Assembly (NCBI RefSeq): GCF_964194155.1
Contig: NC_135891.1
Span: 117,676,001-117,740,000 of the forward strand
From: Cetorhinus maximus
Lineage: Eukaryota
DNA: 64,000 nucleotides
Direction: 5' to 3'
The notes under the pieces: generated by a model
The model's input: the letters and a program-made list of their open reading frames with translations, nothing else
What the model was told of the DNA's origin: nothing
Databases searched by the model: none
Shown: piece after piece, positions 25,870 to 37,520 of the stretch
How positions within the stretch are numbered: position 1 is the first letter of the stretch
How the letters are laid out: every line of letters starts with the position of its first letter
Made by a program: the position numbers and the translations under genes

Positions 25870-27375
25870 TGTTCATGAGAGCCACCCCCTGTTCTCTCAA
25901 TCTTATTCCTACTAAATTGCTAATCACCCCAACTTCCTCTCCTTGTCCGCATGTTAGCCAATGTAAACAGTTCTCTCTCTTCCGGTGTTGTTCCTCTTAC
26001 CTTTAAACCTACCATCATCATCTCTCCTCCAAATAACAACCCTTGACCTTGCCATCCCATCTCCGAGCTCCCTTTCCTTTCTAAAGTCTCTGAACATGTT
26101 GTAGCATCATGAACCTGTTCCCATCTTTCCCGGAATTCCACATTTGAATCGGGTTTCCACCTCTTTCACAGTACAAAAATAGCATTTTTGACTGTGACAA
26201 AGGTAAACTTTCCCTCCTCAGCCTTTTCGACCTGTCTGCAGCATTTTGACATGGTTGACTACACCATCCTCCTAAAAACACTCTCCACTGTCATCCAGCT
26301 GGGTGGGACTGTTCTCAATTAATTCCATTTTTATCTGTCTAATCATAGCCAGAGAATCAGCAGCAATGATTTCTCTTCCTGCTTCTGTGCTGTTACCTCT
26401 GGTGTCCCCACTGATCAATCCTTGGCCCCTCCTATTCTTGTCTACATGCTGCCCCTCACGACAAGTCCGAAGGCACAGCGCCAATTTTCACATGTACACT
26501 GACAACTCCCAGCTCTACCTTACCACCACCTCTCTCGACTCCTCCACTGTTGCTAAATTATCAGACTGCTTATCCAACTTACAGTACTGGATGAGCGGAA
26601 ATTTCCTTTGGTCATATACTGGGAAGAATGAAGCCATTGTCTTTGGTTCCCACAACAAAATCTGTTCCCGAGCTCCATCCCTTTCCCAGGCAACAGTCTG
26701 AGATTAAACCAGTCAGTTCGTAACCTTGGAGCCATACGTGACCCTGAAATGAGCTTCCAACTTTGTATTTGCACCATCACCAAAAACACCAATGTCTAGC
26801 TCCCTAACAATTCCCAGCTCCCCCCACACCCCCATCTCAGCCCATCTGCTGCTGAAACCCTCATCCTGCCTTCATGACCCCTAGACTCGACTATTCCAGT
26901 GCACTCCAGGTTGGTCTCCCACATTCTACTCTCCGTAAACTTGAGGTCATCCAAAACTCTGCTCCCTGTGCCTTAACTCACACCAAATCCCATTCTCCTG
27001 TCACCCAGTGCTCGCTGACCTAGAGTGACTCCCGGGAAGCCAAGCCTTGATTTTAAAATTCTCATCCTTGTTTTCAGATCCCTCTATGCCCTTGCCCCTC
27101 CTTTTCTCTGTAATCTTCTCCAGCCCTGTAATTTTAATCGCTCCTCTATTGGTCGCTGTACCTTCAGTTGCTTAGGCCCTAAGCTCTGACTCTCCCTACA
27201 CCTCTCTGCTTTCCCCTTTAAGACACTCCTTAAAACCTACCTCTTTGACCAAGCTTTTGGTCATCTGACCCAATATTTCCTTATGTCACTCGGTGTCATA
27301 TTTTGTTTTATAATACGCCTGGGAAATACCTTGGTATGTTTTATTGCAACAAAGGCACTATACAAATCTAAGCTG
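25870..27375 (+). mobile_element. L2-type LINE fragment (RT to 3' end)
   Basis: PFLSKV, LFDLSAAFD, degenerate GVP..INPWPLLF and FHMYTDNSQLYL motifs, plus L2 3' UTR. Confidence 0.85.
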
Positions 27376-27724
27376 TTGCTGTGTACACCACTAGTTAGGC
27401 CACAGCTAGTGCACTGTGTACAGTTCTGGCCATTACATTACAGGAAAGATGTAATCGCACTAGGAAAGGTGTCAAGAGTTTTGCCAGGAATGGGGAATTT
27501 TAACAATAAGAAAAGATTGGATAGGCTAGGGTTGCTCATTGGTACAGAGGAGGCTGAGGGAGGAGATTTGATTGTGATGCATAAAATTATGAAGAGCCTA
27601 GGTAGAATGGCTAGGAAGGACCTATTCACCTTAGAGAGATCAACAAAAAGTCAAGAATTGAATTAATAATCCAGCAAATTTAAATTCAAATCTCACCATA
27701 AATTTGAGTTCAGTTTTTAAAAAG

Positions 27725-28150
27725 TGAAGCTCAAAGTAAGCTTGAGGAACAGCCCCTTATCTTTCAGTTAGGAACTTTATCGCTTTCCAAACTCAGCATT
27801 GAGTTCAGATCCTAATCACTGCGCTTATTTTTTTCAGATGGCAGCTTGTTGGTGGTGTTCTTGCTATTTCTATTTACACCTCCTTTAGCTGCATCTTTTT
27901 GTTTCTTTCATTATCCCATTGCCATCTCATTTTGTCTTGCACCATCACCCCCTTTGTCATTTAACCTCTCCTGCTTCCCACCCTATCACAGACCTTCCCT
28001 TTTGTCCTTTCTCCCCTTTCTTTGCTTTTCTGCTTGTGTAAAACCTGTTACATTTCAAACTTTTTCTAGTTCTGATGAAAGCTCATCAACCTGAAACATT
28101 CACTCTGCTTCTCTCCGCGGATGCTGCCAGATATTTCTAGTATTTTCTGT
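27725..28150 (+). mobile_element. Old Penelope-like 3' end remnant
   Basis: aagcttgaggaacagccccttatctttcagttaggaact (KLEEQ.LIF.LGT). Terminal ttctgatgaaagctcatcaacctgaaacattcactctg...gatgctgccag resembles the 60.8-kb terminus. Confidence 0.75.
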
Positions 28151-28192
28151 CTGTCACATTGCAATCACTATCTGTGTGTTTGTACCCAATAG

Positions 28193-28271
28193 GTTACAGC
28201 ATGTTTGGGCTTGGAATCGGAGTTTTACTCTTTGGATACTGGAGGCTGTTCAGTTGGAACAGGGAGAGAAG
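28193..28271 (+). CDS. NDUFA13: NDUFA13 coding exon 2 (79 nt)
   Basis: Encodes (G)YSMFGLGIGVLLFGYWRLFSWNRER(R), the transmembrane segment. Acceptor caatag, donor GTATGT. Confidence 0.96.
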
Positions 28272-29629
28272 GTATGTTGTGCACTTGGTGTCTGAGGTAG
28301 TTTATTCTTGGCTTAATTAAAACAGTTGCCTGTTTTAATTTTAAAAGTTAAAACCTGGCTCTGTTTTTCTCCTGACTGTTGGTTTTGGAGAAGTGTTCTG
28401 AAAGCTTCCCACGCCTTCACAGCGTCTCTTTTGATTTTTTTTATAGTATGCGCTGTTCGTTGATCGCAGCCATGGCACAGATTGCAGTCAATGTCTCTGG
28501 GCAAGGGATTAAAAAACCTGCCAGTACATGAAAAGGAAAGGTTTTTTCAAGGTGGTAGTGGAAAATAGAGGGTCGGGAGGTGGGTCTAATTGGACAGCTC
28601 TTTCAAAGAGCGGCAAAGGCGCGATGGGCTGAATGGTCTCTGAATGTAAGGTCCTATGAATTCACACTTTCGATAGCTCTCCGGTGACCTCTCCTGGAAA
28701 ATGTGTGTTTAGAAGAGTGACTTGATTAAAATATATAAGACCCTGAACGGTATTGACAAGGTGGACATGGAAATTATGTTTCCTCTTGTGGGTGAGTACA
28801 GAACTAAGGTGCACTGTTTTAAAATTAGGGTTCACCCTTTTAGGACAGAGATGAGGAGAAATTTTTTCTGAGGGTTATGTGACTTTGGAACTCTCTGCGG
28901 GGGGAGTGCGGTTAGATGGGAATGTGGGGTGCAAAACACAAACAAATCAACCATGATCTTATTGAATGGTGGAGCAGGCTCGAGGGGCCAAATGGCCTAC
29001 TTCTGCTCCTATTTTGTATGTTCATAAGTATATGTGCACAGAATGGTCTGCCTCTGTGCTGCCCATTCAATGAAATCCACTAACCGGTGTCAAAAATCCA
29101 GAATTGGCAGCTTGTGAATGATATTCTGCCCTCTGGTGGGTGTCTGAAGACAAACCTTCAATTTGGGAAATGATAGAATATTCCAGGTGGTTTCTCCATG
29201 TGAGTCATTTACTGTGATCAAACTCTATTCATCACCTCTAACCTTTTAATATTCATCTTTTTCAAACAGCTTATTTTTCTCCTTTTTAAAAAGACATTAT
29301 AGATTATACTTCAACAGCAGTTTGAGCAGAGAATTCCACATTCTAAAACTCCCCTAATTGATTTTGCGATTATCCTACCATTTGTGCCCATATTACTGTC
29401 TCACTGATCAGGGGAACAGACTGGGATTATTTACCTTGTTGAAATCTTTTGTAACCTTGAAGACCTCATCAACTCTAGTGGAAAGAAAAGCCCTAACTTT
29501 TAATCTCTTCATAACCATAATCTTTCATTTATAGTGACTCTCTGCTCCACCTTCTCCATTTATATTTGTGTCCATTCTGTAGCGGGGTGCTATTTCTATC
29601 AGATTGATCAGAGTTGCTAGATTATACAG

Positions 29630-30835
29630 TTAGCAACTCGAAGATCTGTTCCACGGATGAGACGTTAAATTTGGTTAATGTAAAAGATTGGACAGTATTA
29701 TTTCAAAGACGAGCAAGGGATTTTCCCCAGTGTCCTGGCCAATATTTATCCCTCAACCAGCATAGACTTCTGGAAATTACAGCACAGGAGGAGGCCATTT
29801 GGCCCATCTTGCCCGTGCTGGCTCTTCAACAGCCAGCTATAAGTATCCCATTTCCCTTCCTTTGTTTCCTTTTATATTTTTCCTTTATAATTACTTATCC
29901 AATTCTCTGTTAAATGATTTTAGAGTTCAGTAGCTTCAGTGGAGGACAGCAGAAGGAAGGGAGGACCTAGGCGTAGTTGGATGATGGACCTCACGGAACG
30001 GTTGCAGACGAGCTGCAGTGAATGTGTGAGGATGGCGCATGACAGATGACGGTGAACACAAGAAATAGAATCAGGAGCAAACTCTATAGAGCAGGCTCGA
30101 CAGATCACAATTCAATATGTACATGGCTGATTTTGGGTTTCAAGTCTACTTTCCTGTCTACTCCCCATATCCCTTAATTCCTTGAGACAAACCTGTCTAT
30201 CCCAGCCTTGAATGTATTCGACAATGGAGTATCCACGACTCTTTGGGGTAGAGAATTCCAAAGATTCACAACCCTTTAAGTGAAGTAATTTCTCCTCATC
30301 TCAGTCCTAAATGATCAGCCCCTTATCCTGTTCCTCCTTGTTTTAGATCCCCTGACTCCCATGGAGGAGTAAGGCCATTCAGCACTCTCTCAGCATCTAC
30401 ACTATCAAGCCCCTTAAGAATTTTGTAGGTTTCAATGAGCTAAGCTCCAGGGAATATAGGCCCAATTTACTCAGCCTCTCATCATAGGATGGCCCCCTCA
30501 CCCCAGGGACCAATTTAGTGAACCTTCACTACCGTCTGCACTACAAGTATATTCATTCTTAAATGTGGAGACCAAAACTGCATGTAGTACTCCAGAACCC
30601 TGTACAATTGCAGCAAAATTTTGTTATTCTTATACTCCAAACCCCTTGCAATAAAGGCCAACAGATTATCTGAGCATGCTGACATTGTTCTTTGTGCGAT
30701 CTTGCTGTGTGCAAATTGGCTGCCTTGTTTCCTACATTACAACAATGACTTCACTTCAAAAGTACTTCATTTGCTGTAAAAACACCTTGGGACATCCTGA
30801 GGTTGTGCAAGATGCTTTAGAAATGCAAATTCTTG
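29630..30835 (+). mobile_element. Deu-domain SINE interrupted by minus-strand CR1 fragments (about 29760-30660)
   Basis: Deu sequence stops at atttatccctcaaccagcat and resumes at acagattatctgagc...caaattggctgcc..tttcctacattacaac. Confidence 0.7.
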
Positions 30836-31016
30836 CTTCGTTTTCTTGCCATGTCATTCCCATGGTGATAGCTGCATCTTAAGACCTAATTTTGTGTTTT
30901 TTCCACGATGATGAATGACTTTGTTTTCATTAACCAGTTTTAATTTCAGGTTTTACAAATCTTTCTCCTGCGTTCATCTTTGGTCACATTTCCTGTTTTG
31001 TATTTTTTTTTCCCAG

Positions 31017-31088
31017 GCGTCTACAAATTGAAGACTTGGAAGCCCGTGTAGCATTGCTACCTCTACTGCATGCTGAACAGGATAGGAG
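31017..31088 (+). CDS. NDUFA13: NDUFA13 coding exon 3 (72 nt)
   Basis: Encodes (R)[23 protein letters not shown](R). Acceptor ttttcccag, donor AG|GCAAGT. Confidence 0.96.
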
Positions 31089-32133
31089 GCAAGTTAGAGA
31101 GGAGTCGCAAAATGTGTTTGTGTGGAGATGGATCCCTTTAGAGCCACAAAGTCTAATTAGTGTTAAGTAAACACAGGCTTGGGTCAGTTAGAGTCTAATT
31201 ATTAAGTAAACACGAATTCAGATCAGTAAGAGTCAATTTGTTGTTGTTTTGGAGATCTTGGCTTGTCAGTTGTACGTTGCAGCTCAAAATCGCCAAGCGT
31301 TTTATATTAAAAGTCTATAAAATGTGCACTACTTGACAAAGTGACATTTACAGCTATGGTATAATTTCTAAGAAATGCCAGATTGTGTGATACAGTAAGC
31401 AATGCAATGGGAGGCTATGGCCTCAGTAAAGTTTTTAAAGGTTGTTCCCACTGGACGTTTTAGTCTCGTTTCCAGCAGCAGGCTTCCCGATAGATGTAGG
31501 ATGAGGAACTGTGGGACAGTCTCTGCATGCGCACAGTAACCTAGCTGCTCAAAGCCCTGCTTCTCGAATGATCTGATTAATGAGCAGTCATGTTAGCTTT
31601 AATTGTTACTGAGTGAGGAGGTGGGCTAGAATAAGTTCAGTTCCACAGAGGATTGTTTAGTAGTCTGGAAAACTTCACCAGAAGAAGTGGTTGAGGCAGA
31701 GACCAATGCACTTTTTAAGGGAAAAGTGGATGAATGTTTAAAACAGACAAAGTGTGGGGAGAGAGCGGATCAGTTTTGATTTGACCTAGAAAAGTGGTGG
31801 CACAGATATGATGGGCGAAATGGCTTCCTTCTGAGCTATGAACTTCTAGGGTTTCCCCCCACAAGAGGGCTGAATGGCCTTACTCTTCCATATCTACACC
31901 CGCAGATGAATGCAGTAGTACCAATGAGTAGAATCTATAATAACACTTGTTTTTGCCTGCCCGGACTGTTTTGATTGGTCAGTTTAAGTGGCATGGCTGG
32001 TGTGGTGGCTGGTGCATGTGGGGCAGGCAGAGACTGGAGCATGTGATGCACTTGCAGCTTCCATGGTGGCGGCTGTGGTGTAGGGGTGGAGGAAAGGTGT
32101 TGACGGAGAACAAAAACAGCAGAAAGTAATGGG

Positions 32134-32550
32134 TAAAAACAAAAAGCTAAAAGCTACTGCGGATGCTGGAAATCCAAAACAAAAACAGAATTACCTGGAA
32201 AAACTCAGCAGGTCTGGCAGCGTCGGCGAAGAAGAAATCAGTCAACGTTTCGAGCCTTCATGGCCCTTCGGCAGAACTGAAGCATAGTTAGAAGAAGGGA
32301 GAAATATAAACTGGTTTAAGGTGGGTGGGGGCGGGGGGTGGGGGGTGGTGGGTGGAAGAGAGACATTGAGGGTGTGGTGATTGTGGAGATTGCCCCCCCC
32401 CCCCCCCCCTCCCCCACCCACCTTAAACCAGTTTATATTTCTCCCTTCTTCTAACTATGCTTCAGTTCTGCCGAAGGGCCATGAAGGCTCGAAACGTTGA
32501 CTGATTTCTTCTCCGCCGATGCTGCCAGACCTGCTGAGTTTTTCCAGGTA
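32134..32550. mobile_element. Miniature palindromic Penelope-like insertion with 13-bp TSD
   Basis: Inverted arms about 32191-32331 and 32411-32551 are near identical. Flanked by agaaagtaatggg at 32121-32133 and 32551-32563. Confidence 0.9.
32462..32504 (+). ncRNA. Minimal type I hammerhead ribozyme-like motif (mirror copy on the minus strand at 32238-32280)
   Basis: ucagu-u CUGCCGA a GGGCC augaa GGCUC GAAA c GUU g-acuga. Stem I, stem II and an NUH site are present. Core position 6 is C instead of A. Confidence 0.6.
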
Positions 32551-32806
32551 AGAAAGTAATGGGAGCCCACCAACAGAGTTACACTGGCTGGAGAGATTGT
32601 TTCTGTGAGGGATGTGATGGGATTAATGGGAAGCATGGCAATGACCAGGGAGAATTGGATGGGATAACATGGGAGAGGTTAATGGTTTTTTAAAAATTCA
32701 TTTACGGGACGTGGGTGTCGCTGGCTAGGCTGGCATTTATTGCCATCCCTAATTGCCCTTGAGGAGGTGGTGGCGAGCTGCCTTCTTGAACCGCTGCAGT
32801 CCATGT

Positions 32807-33037
32807 ATTGTTTTATTCCTCGAATAATGAGGAAACAGTTTCCAATTAGATTTTCACTTTCTCTGACTATAAATAGATCACAAGGCCAGACACACAGTTT
32901 ATATTTATGCTCTTCGGCCTGTTTTTTTTACAAACGGACAACTTTATGTTGCTTTTTCTAGAATGAGAAGTTTTGATTCTGTTAAAGCCTTAGGTGAAAG
33001 AATATCTAGAAATCCTGTATTTAAAGAAATACTGTAG
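32807..33037 (+). mobile_element. Helitron Rep-helicase C-terminal remnant (PIF1-like)
   Basis: FIPRI.RKQFPIRFSLSLTINRSQGQT, then after a frameshift FTNGQLYVAFSRMRSFDSVKA...SRNPVFKEIL*. These match SF1B helicase motifs V and VI and the usual Helitron terminus. Confidence 0.8.
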
Positions 33038-33167
33038 CAACGAAGATACTAATTTGACTGCAAATGTTTTTATGTCTCTATGAATAAAAAAAACGTGTTG
33101 AAATTTGTCATTCTGTTCTTCTGCTTTGCTTTTCATTTCTGAGTCTTTGTCACTATTTTATTTTAAG

Positions 33168-33237
33168 GACTCTGCGCCTATTAAGGGAGAATCTTGAGGA
33201 AGAGGCTAAAATTATGAAGGATGTTCCAGGCTGGAAG
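33168..33237 (+). CDS. NDUFA13: NDUFA13 coding exon 4 (70 nt)
   Basis: Encodes (R)[23 protein letters not shown]. Acceptor ttttaag, donor GTAAAT. Confidence 0.97.
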
Positions 33238-34528
33238 GTAAATAGGGCTCATTTCCTTTTGCGTTTCTTTGTAATGAGAAAACAATAAGGTGGAGCTATT
33301 TTTTTATTTGTTCATGGGATATGGGTGTCATTCGCAAGGCCAACATTTATTGCCCATCCCCCAGTTGCTCTTGAGAAGGTGATGGTGAGCTGCTGCAGTC
33401 CATCTGGTGTAGGTACATCCACAGTGCTGCTAGGGAGGGGGTTCCAAGATTTTGACACAGTGACTGAAGAAACGGCATGATTTGGAGCTGAATTTGGAGG
33501 TGAAGGTATTCCCATGCATCTGCTGCCCTAGTTCTAGGCGGTAGAGGTCGCGGGTTTGGAAGATGCTATTGAAGGAATCTCAACAAGTTGCATCTTGTTG
33601 ATGTTACACACTTTCCACTGTGCATTGGTGGTTGAGGGAGTGAATGCTTAAGGTGGTGGATGGGGTGCCCATCAGGTGGGCTGTTTTGGCCTGGATGTTA
33701 AGCTTCTTGAGTGAGTGCAACCCCAAGGGGAGAGTATTTTATCACATTCCTGACTCGAATGGGGTAACAAGTTAGGTGCTTGATGTTAGTTCTGGGACTT
33801 GGGTTTAAAACCAGCCCAGATTGATGCAGTGAAAACATCCTCTGTGTATTGATCATAACAGTCGCATGCAGTTAGCCTTGTGACTTTCAACCCATTCCAA
33901 AGATTGTGGACTGACAGTCCTAAGGTAATTGGTAATGTAGGATGATCTAAGAATGGGAAATGAAGTACAGGACAATCTTCTAAGGTTAGGGCTGCAGAAG
34001 GTAGTTGAAGCAGGCTGGTGGTTTTTCACATCTTTGCTTGAAGTAGTGGAAGTACCGAACATGAGTATCATTGCAACTGGAATGAGGCCATTCAGCCCCT
34101 TGGGCCTGTCCATCGTTCAGTTAGATCATGGCTGATCAGTATCTCAATTCAATTTACTCATACTTTCTTTATGTTCCTTGATACTAGCCAAGAAGTTGGC
34201 CTGACTTTGCTCCTGATCAGCCTTATTTTAAGATTGTGTCTCCTTGTTCTTAACTATTTGCACTGGTGGAAACACTTTCTCCCTATCAAATCCTATGAAC
34301 ATTTTAAGTACCTCGATTAGACTGTCTGTCAACCTTCTAAACTCCAGGGAATACAAGCCTGATTCATTCAAGCTGTCTTCATAATTTAACCCTTGATGTA
34401 CCGTTCTGGTGGATCTCTGCTGCACTCCCTCCAAGGCAGCTATATACTTAGTTTGATTGAAGTAAGGGTGGGGTGCGGGGAGTTTTATTTTGATGTAAGT
34501 AACACTGTGGCTGTATCTTCTGTTGCAG

Positions 34529-34648
34529 GTTGGTGAGAGTGTTTACAACTCTGATCGCTGGTCCACACCCTCGGTGGAGGAGCTGTTTAACCTACGACCT
34601 AAGGAGGAATATCTCCGAGCAAAAATCGGATTCCAGTGGTATGTGTGA
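34529..34648 (+). CDS. NDUFA13: NDUFA13 coding exon 5 (120 nt including stop)
   Basis: Encodes VGESVYNSDRWSTPSVEELFNLRPKEEYLRAKIGFQWYV*. The five exons total 435 nt, 144 aa. Confidence 0.96.
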   Translation, partial: VGESVYNSDRWSTPSVEELFNLRPKEEYLRAKIGFQWYV

Positions 34649-34738
34649 ATGCCGTGTGAGGACTTTGAGCAAGGATCAGACCTTTGGCTCCCTAAAGATC
34701 ATCTTCGCAAGAACTCTTGTTCCAAGTGTGGTATTGTT

Positions 34739-34744
34739 AATAAA
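34739..34744 (+). terminator. NDUFA13 polyadenylation signal
   Basis: AATAAA 91 nt after the stop codon, followed by a GT/T-rich downstream element (tgtttttgttttttttt). Confidence 0.8.
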
Positions 34745-34844
34745 CCTTATGTATGTATTTTGGAAGCTGTTTTTGTTTTTTTTTTCCTGTGTTCATTTTG
34801 CATTATATTAAGAAATTGGTTTAATCTGTGTAAAAAGAAAGAAA

Positions 34845-35135
34845 GAGAGGTTGTGCTTTTTATCACATCAGGAAGCCCCAAAGTATTTTACAGTCAACGA
34901 AGTACTTTTTTGAAATGTAGTCATGGATGAAATACAGGAAATGTGGCAGCCAAATTGTGTGCACAAACTCCCACAATTAGTAATGTGAGAATGACCAGTT
35001 AATCTGTATTCTGGTGATGTTGATTGAGGGATAATTATTGGCCAGGATACCGGGGTAAATTCCCTCTGCCTTTCTTGGAGTTGTTGAATCTTTTATGTCC
35101 ATGTCAGACAGGACTTTGGCTTAATGTCTCATCCG
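34845..35135 (-). mobile_element. Deu-domain SINE
   Basis: Reverse complement of the Deu core: aagtactttt..tgaaatgtagtc..aggaaatgtggcagccaaatt. Confidence 0.65.
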
Positions 35136-36092
35136 AAAGATGGATTAGACAAGGGAAGACTTCAAGCACACTTGATGGAGGTCTTTAAGAATTATGAATG
35201 GGTTGGACGGGGTCGATGTGGAGATGTTTCCACCTGTGGGAGAATCCAAATCAGGGGCCATAAATACAAAATAGTTACTAATAAATTCTATTGATAAATC
35301 GAAAAATTTTTCAGGGAGGTTAGAATGTTGAACACTCCTCCACAGGAGGAGGTTGAGGCAAATAGCTTGGATGCTTTCAAAAAGAGACTAGGTGAGTGTA
35401 TGGGGGGAAAAAAGGGAATAGAGAGATTTACTGAAAGGTTGAGATGAGGCAGATGTAATGGAAAGAGACTTAGAGTATTAACATCAGCACATCCTAGCTG
35501 GGCCGAATGGCCTGTTTCAGTATTGTATATTCTATGTAATTTGTCCCTCAGCTATATAACCTCCAAAGACTTTTTTGCAGAAACCAGCAAATGGCCAGGA
35601 TCCACCATTCTGTAGTAGACTTCATCCCATGTACTGACCCTGTCACTGTGGTTGTACCAGGACTGCATGTAGGAACTGCAAGTGGAGTTAGTTCTGAAAG
35701 GAATCCTTTGTCAAACTGATCTCCAGCAGTAAATACTGAACTGAGAACTTCATCTCTGTCTCAAAGTTCCTCGGGACCCTGTGGAGGACTTTTTAAAAAA
35801 AAATCAACTGAAGCAAGAGTATGATTTATATACTGTGAAAATGTAGCCCTCAGAGCATGGGTTTCTGTTTCTCCTCTTCATTTGTCAGGAGGCAGCTCAG
35901 AATCTTCAAAATGAATTGGATGAAATGCATCAGTGAAGGGAACTGATGGTTGATAGAAATTAGTTGGGACAAATCTTAAGCACACACATGGTGTTAAAAT
36001 AACAAAGAATAAAATTGACATCAAGGAAATTCAGCAGGTTAGGCACTCATTAATTGATGGTCAGTGCAGAACAGAAATCTGGTCAGACCACA

Positions 36093-36151
36093 CCCCGAGC
36101 CCCGCGCCCGGCTCTGGCCCCCGAGCCCCGCGCCCGGCTCTGGCCCCCGAG
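36093..36151. repeat. 26-bp CpG-rich tandem repeat, 2.3 copies
   Basis: ccccgagccccgcgcccggctctggc twice, plus ccccgag. Confidence 0.9.
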
Positions 36152-37004
36152 TCTTTCGAATTCAGAGGCAATTCTGGAATAAGGTTAGAGATTCATCCCA
36201 AATAACCTGACAGACTGAGGTGAGAGGAATTAGTGGAGAAATTTGGGCTTTTCAAAGTGGAGTAGTAGGTGTGGTAAGTTTGGACCGCTTCTTTAACATT
36301 GACTTCAGGAGAAGGGGATACAGGATCAAACTATTGAAAATCAAAATTAGGGCAGATTATCCAGAAGGATGTCAACACTTGCACTGGACCTTTGGGAAAG
36401 AATTACCTTTTGAAATATTTAGATATTAAATTCTCAAATCGCCCTGGCAGAATTTGAGCTCCTGTTCTCTAGTTTATTGTTCCGACCTCGAGTTATTAAT
36501 CTGTCACTTATCCACATTATTGTAACCTGTACAGAAAATACTGGAAATGTACAACACATTAAGCATTGCAAAGATGTTCCATGTTGGCTACGACGCTCTG
36601 TGCAGTCACACCTGGGAATCCTGAGCCCTCTTCTGTTAGATGCTGTTTAGCTCTGTTCCAGCAATTTGCTTTTTTTGCCTCTTGTGATTGACAGCGAGTT
36701 ACTCACCACTCAGTGTTGTGAATAGTGATTGTGTCATCAGGTTTTAAATGTGCTTATCAACTTACTTCAGCTGGTCGCACTCTTGTCCCAGCTCAGAAAG
36801 CTACCAGTTTTCAGACTCGCTTAAGGGATTAAAGTCCTAATGTAGGCCGACACTTCAATGCAACGTTTCAGTGTCGCAGCTTGCATCCATTTACTCGAGG
36901 GACTCTTTTGGCAACTTAGCTTGTAGTTCAAACTAGGACAAATGAGATTCTTGGTGGTGATAAGATTCCTGTATGAGAGTTTCTTCAGAGAAACAGTTGT
37001 CTTT

Positions 37005-37520
37005 TGTTGCATTGGAGGCGGTTCAGAGGAGGTTCACTAGATTGATTCCAGAGATGTGGGGCTTGTCTTATGAGGAGAGATTGAGCAGTTTAGGCTTATA
37101 CTCGCTGGAGCTTAGAAGGATGAGAGGAGATCTAATTGAGGTATATAAGATGCTAAAGAGGATAGACAAAGTAGACGTGGAGCAGATGTTTGCCCTTGTG
37201 GGGCATTCTAGAACAAGAGGCCATAGTTTTAGGCTAAGGGGTGGCAGATTTAAATCAGAGATGAGGAGGAATTGCTTTTCTCAAAGGGTCGTGAATCTGT
37301 GGAATTCACTACCTCAGAGTGCAGTCGATGCCGGGAGGCTGAATAATTTTAAGGAGGAGTTGGACAGATTTTTAATTAATAACGTGTTGAAAGGTTACGG
37401 GGAGAGGGCGGGAAATTGGAGTTGGGGCCGAAATGAGATCAGCCACAATCGTATTGAATGGCAGCGCAGGCTTGAGGGGCTGAATTGCCTTCTCCTGCTC
37501 CTAGTTCTTATATTATGTAA
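37005..37520 (+). mobile_element. CR1-type LINE 3' fragment, relatively young
   Basis: Open frame ALEAVQRRFTRLIPEM.GLSYEERL...FSQRVVNLWNSLPQ, plus CR1 tail. Confidence 0.9.

Larger units (their letters stand above)
31089..33167 (+). other. NDUFA13: GC-AG intron, NDUFA13 intron 3
   Basis: Only the GC donor at 31089 keeps frame with exon 4. The GT 4 nt downstream would shift the frame. Confidence 0.9.

Noticed and set aside
32807-33037. Cellular PIF1 gene or processed pseudogene
   Set aside because: The IPRI...RKQFP and N.V(F/Y)KE(I/V)L* termini fit Helitron helicases, and only a short degenerate fragment is present.
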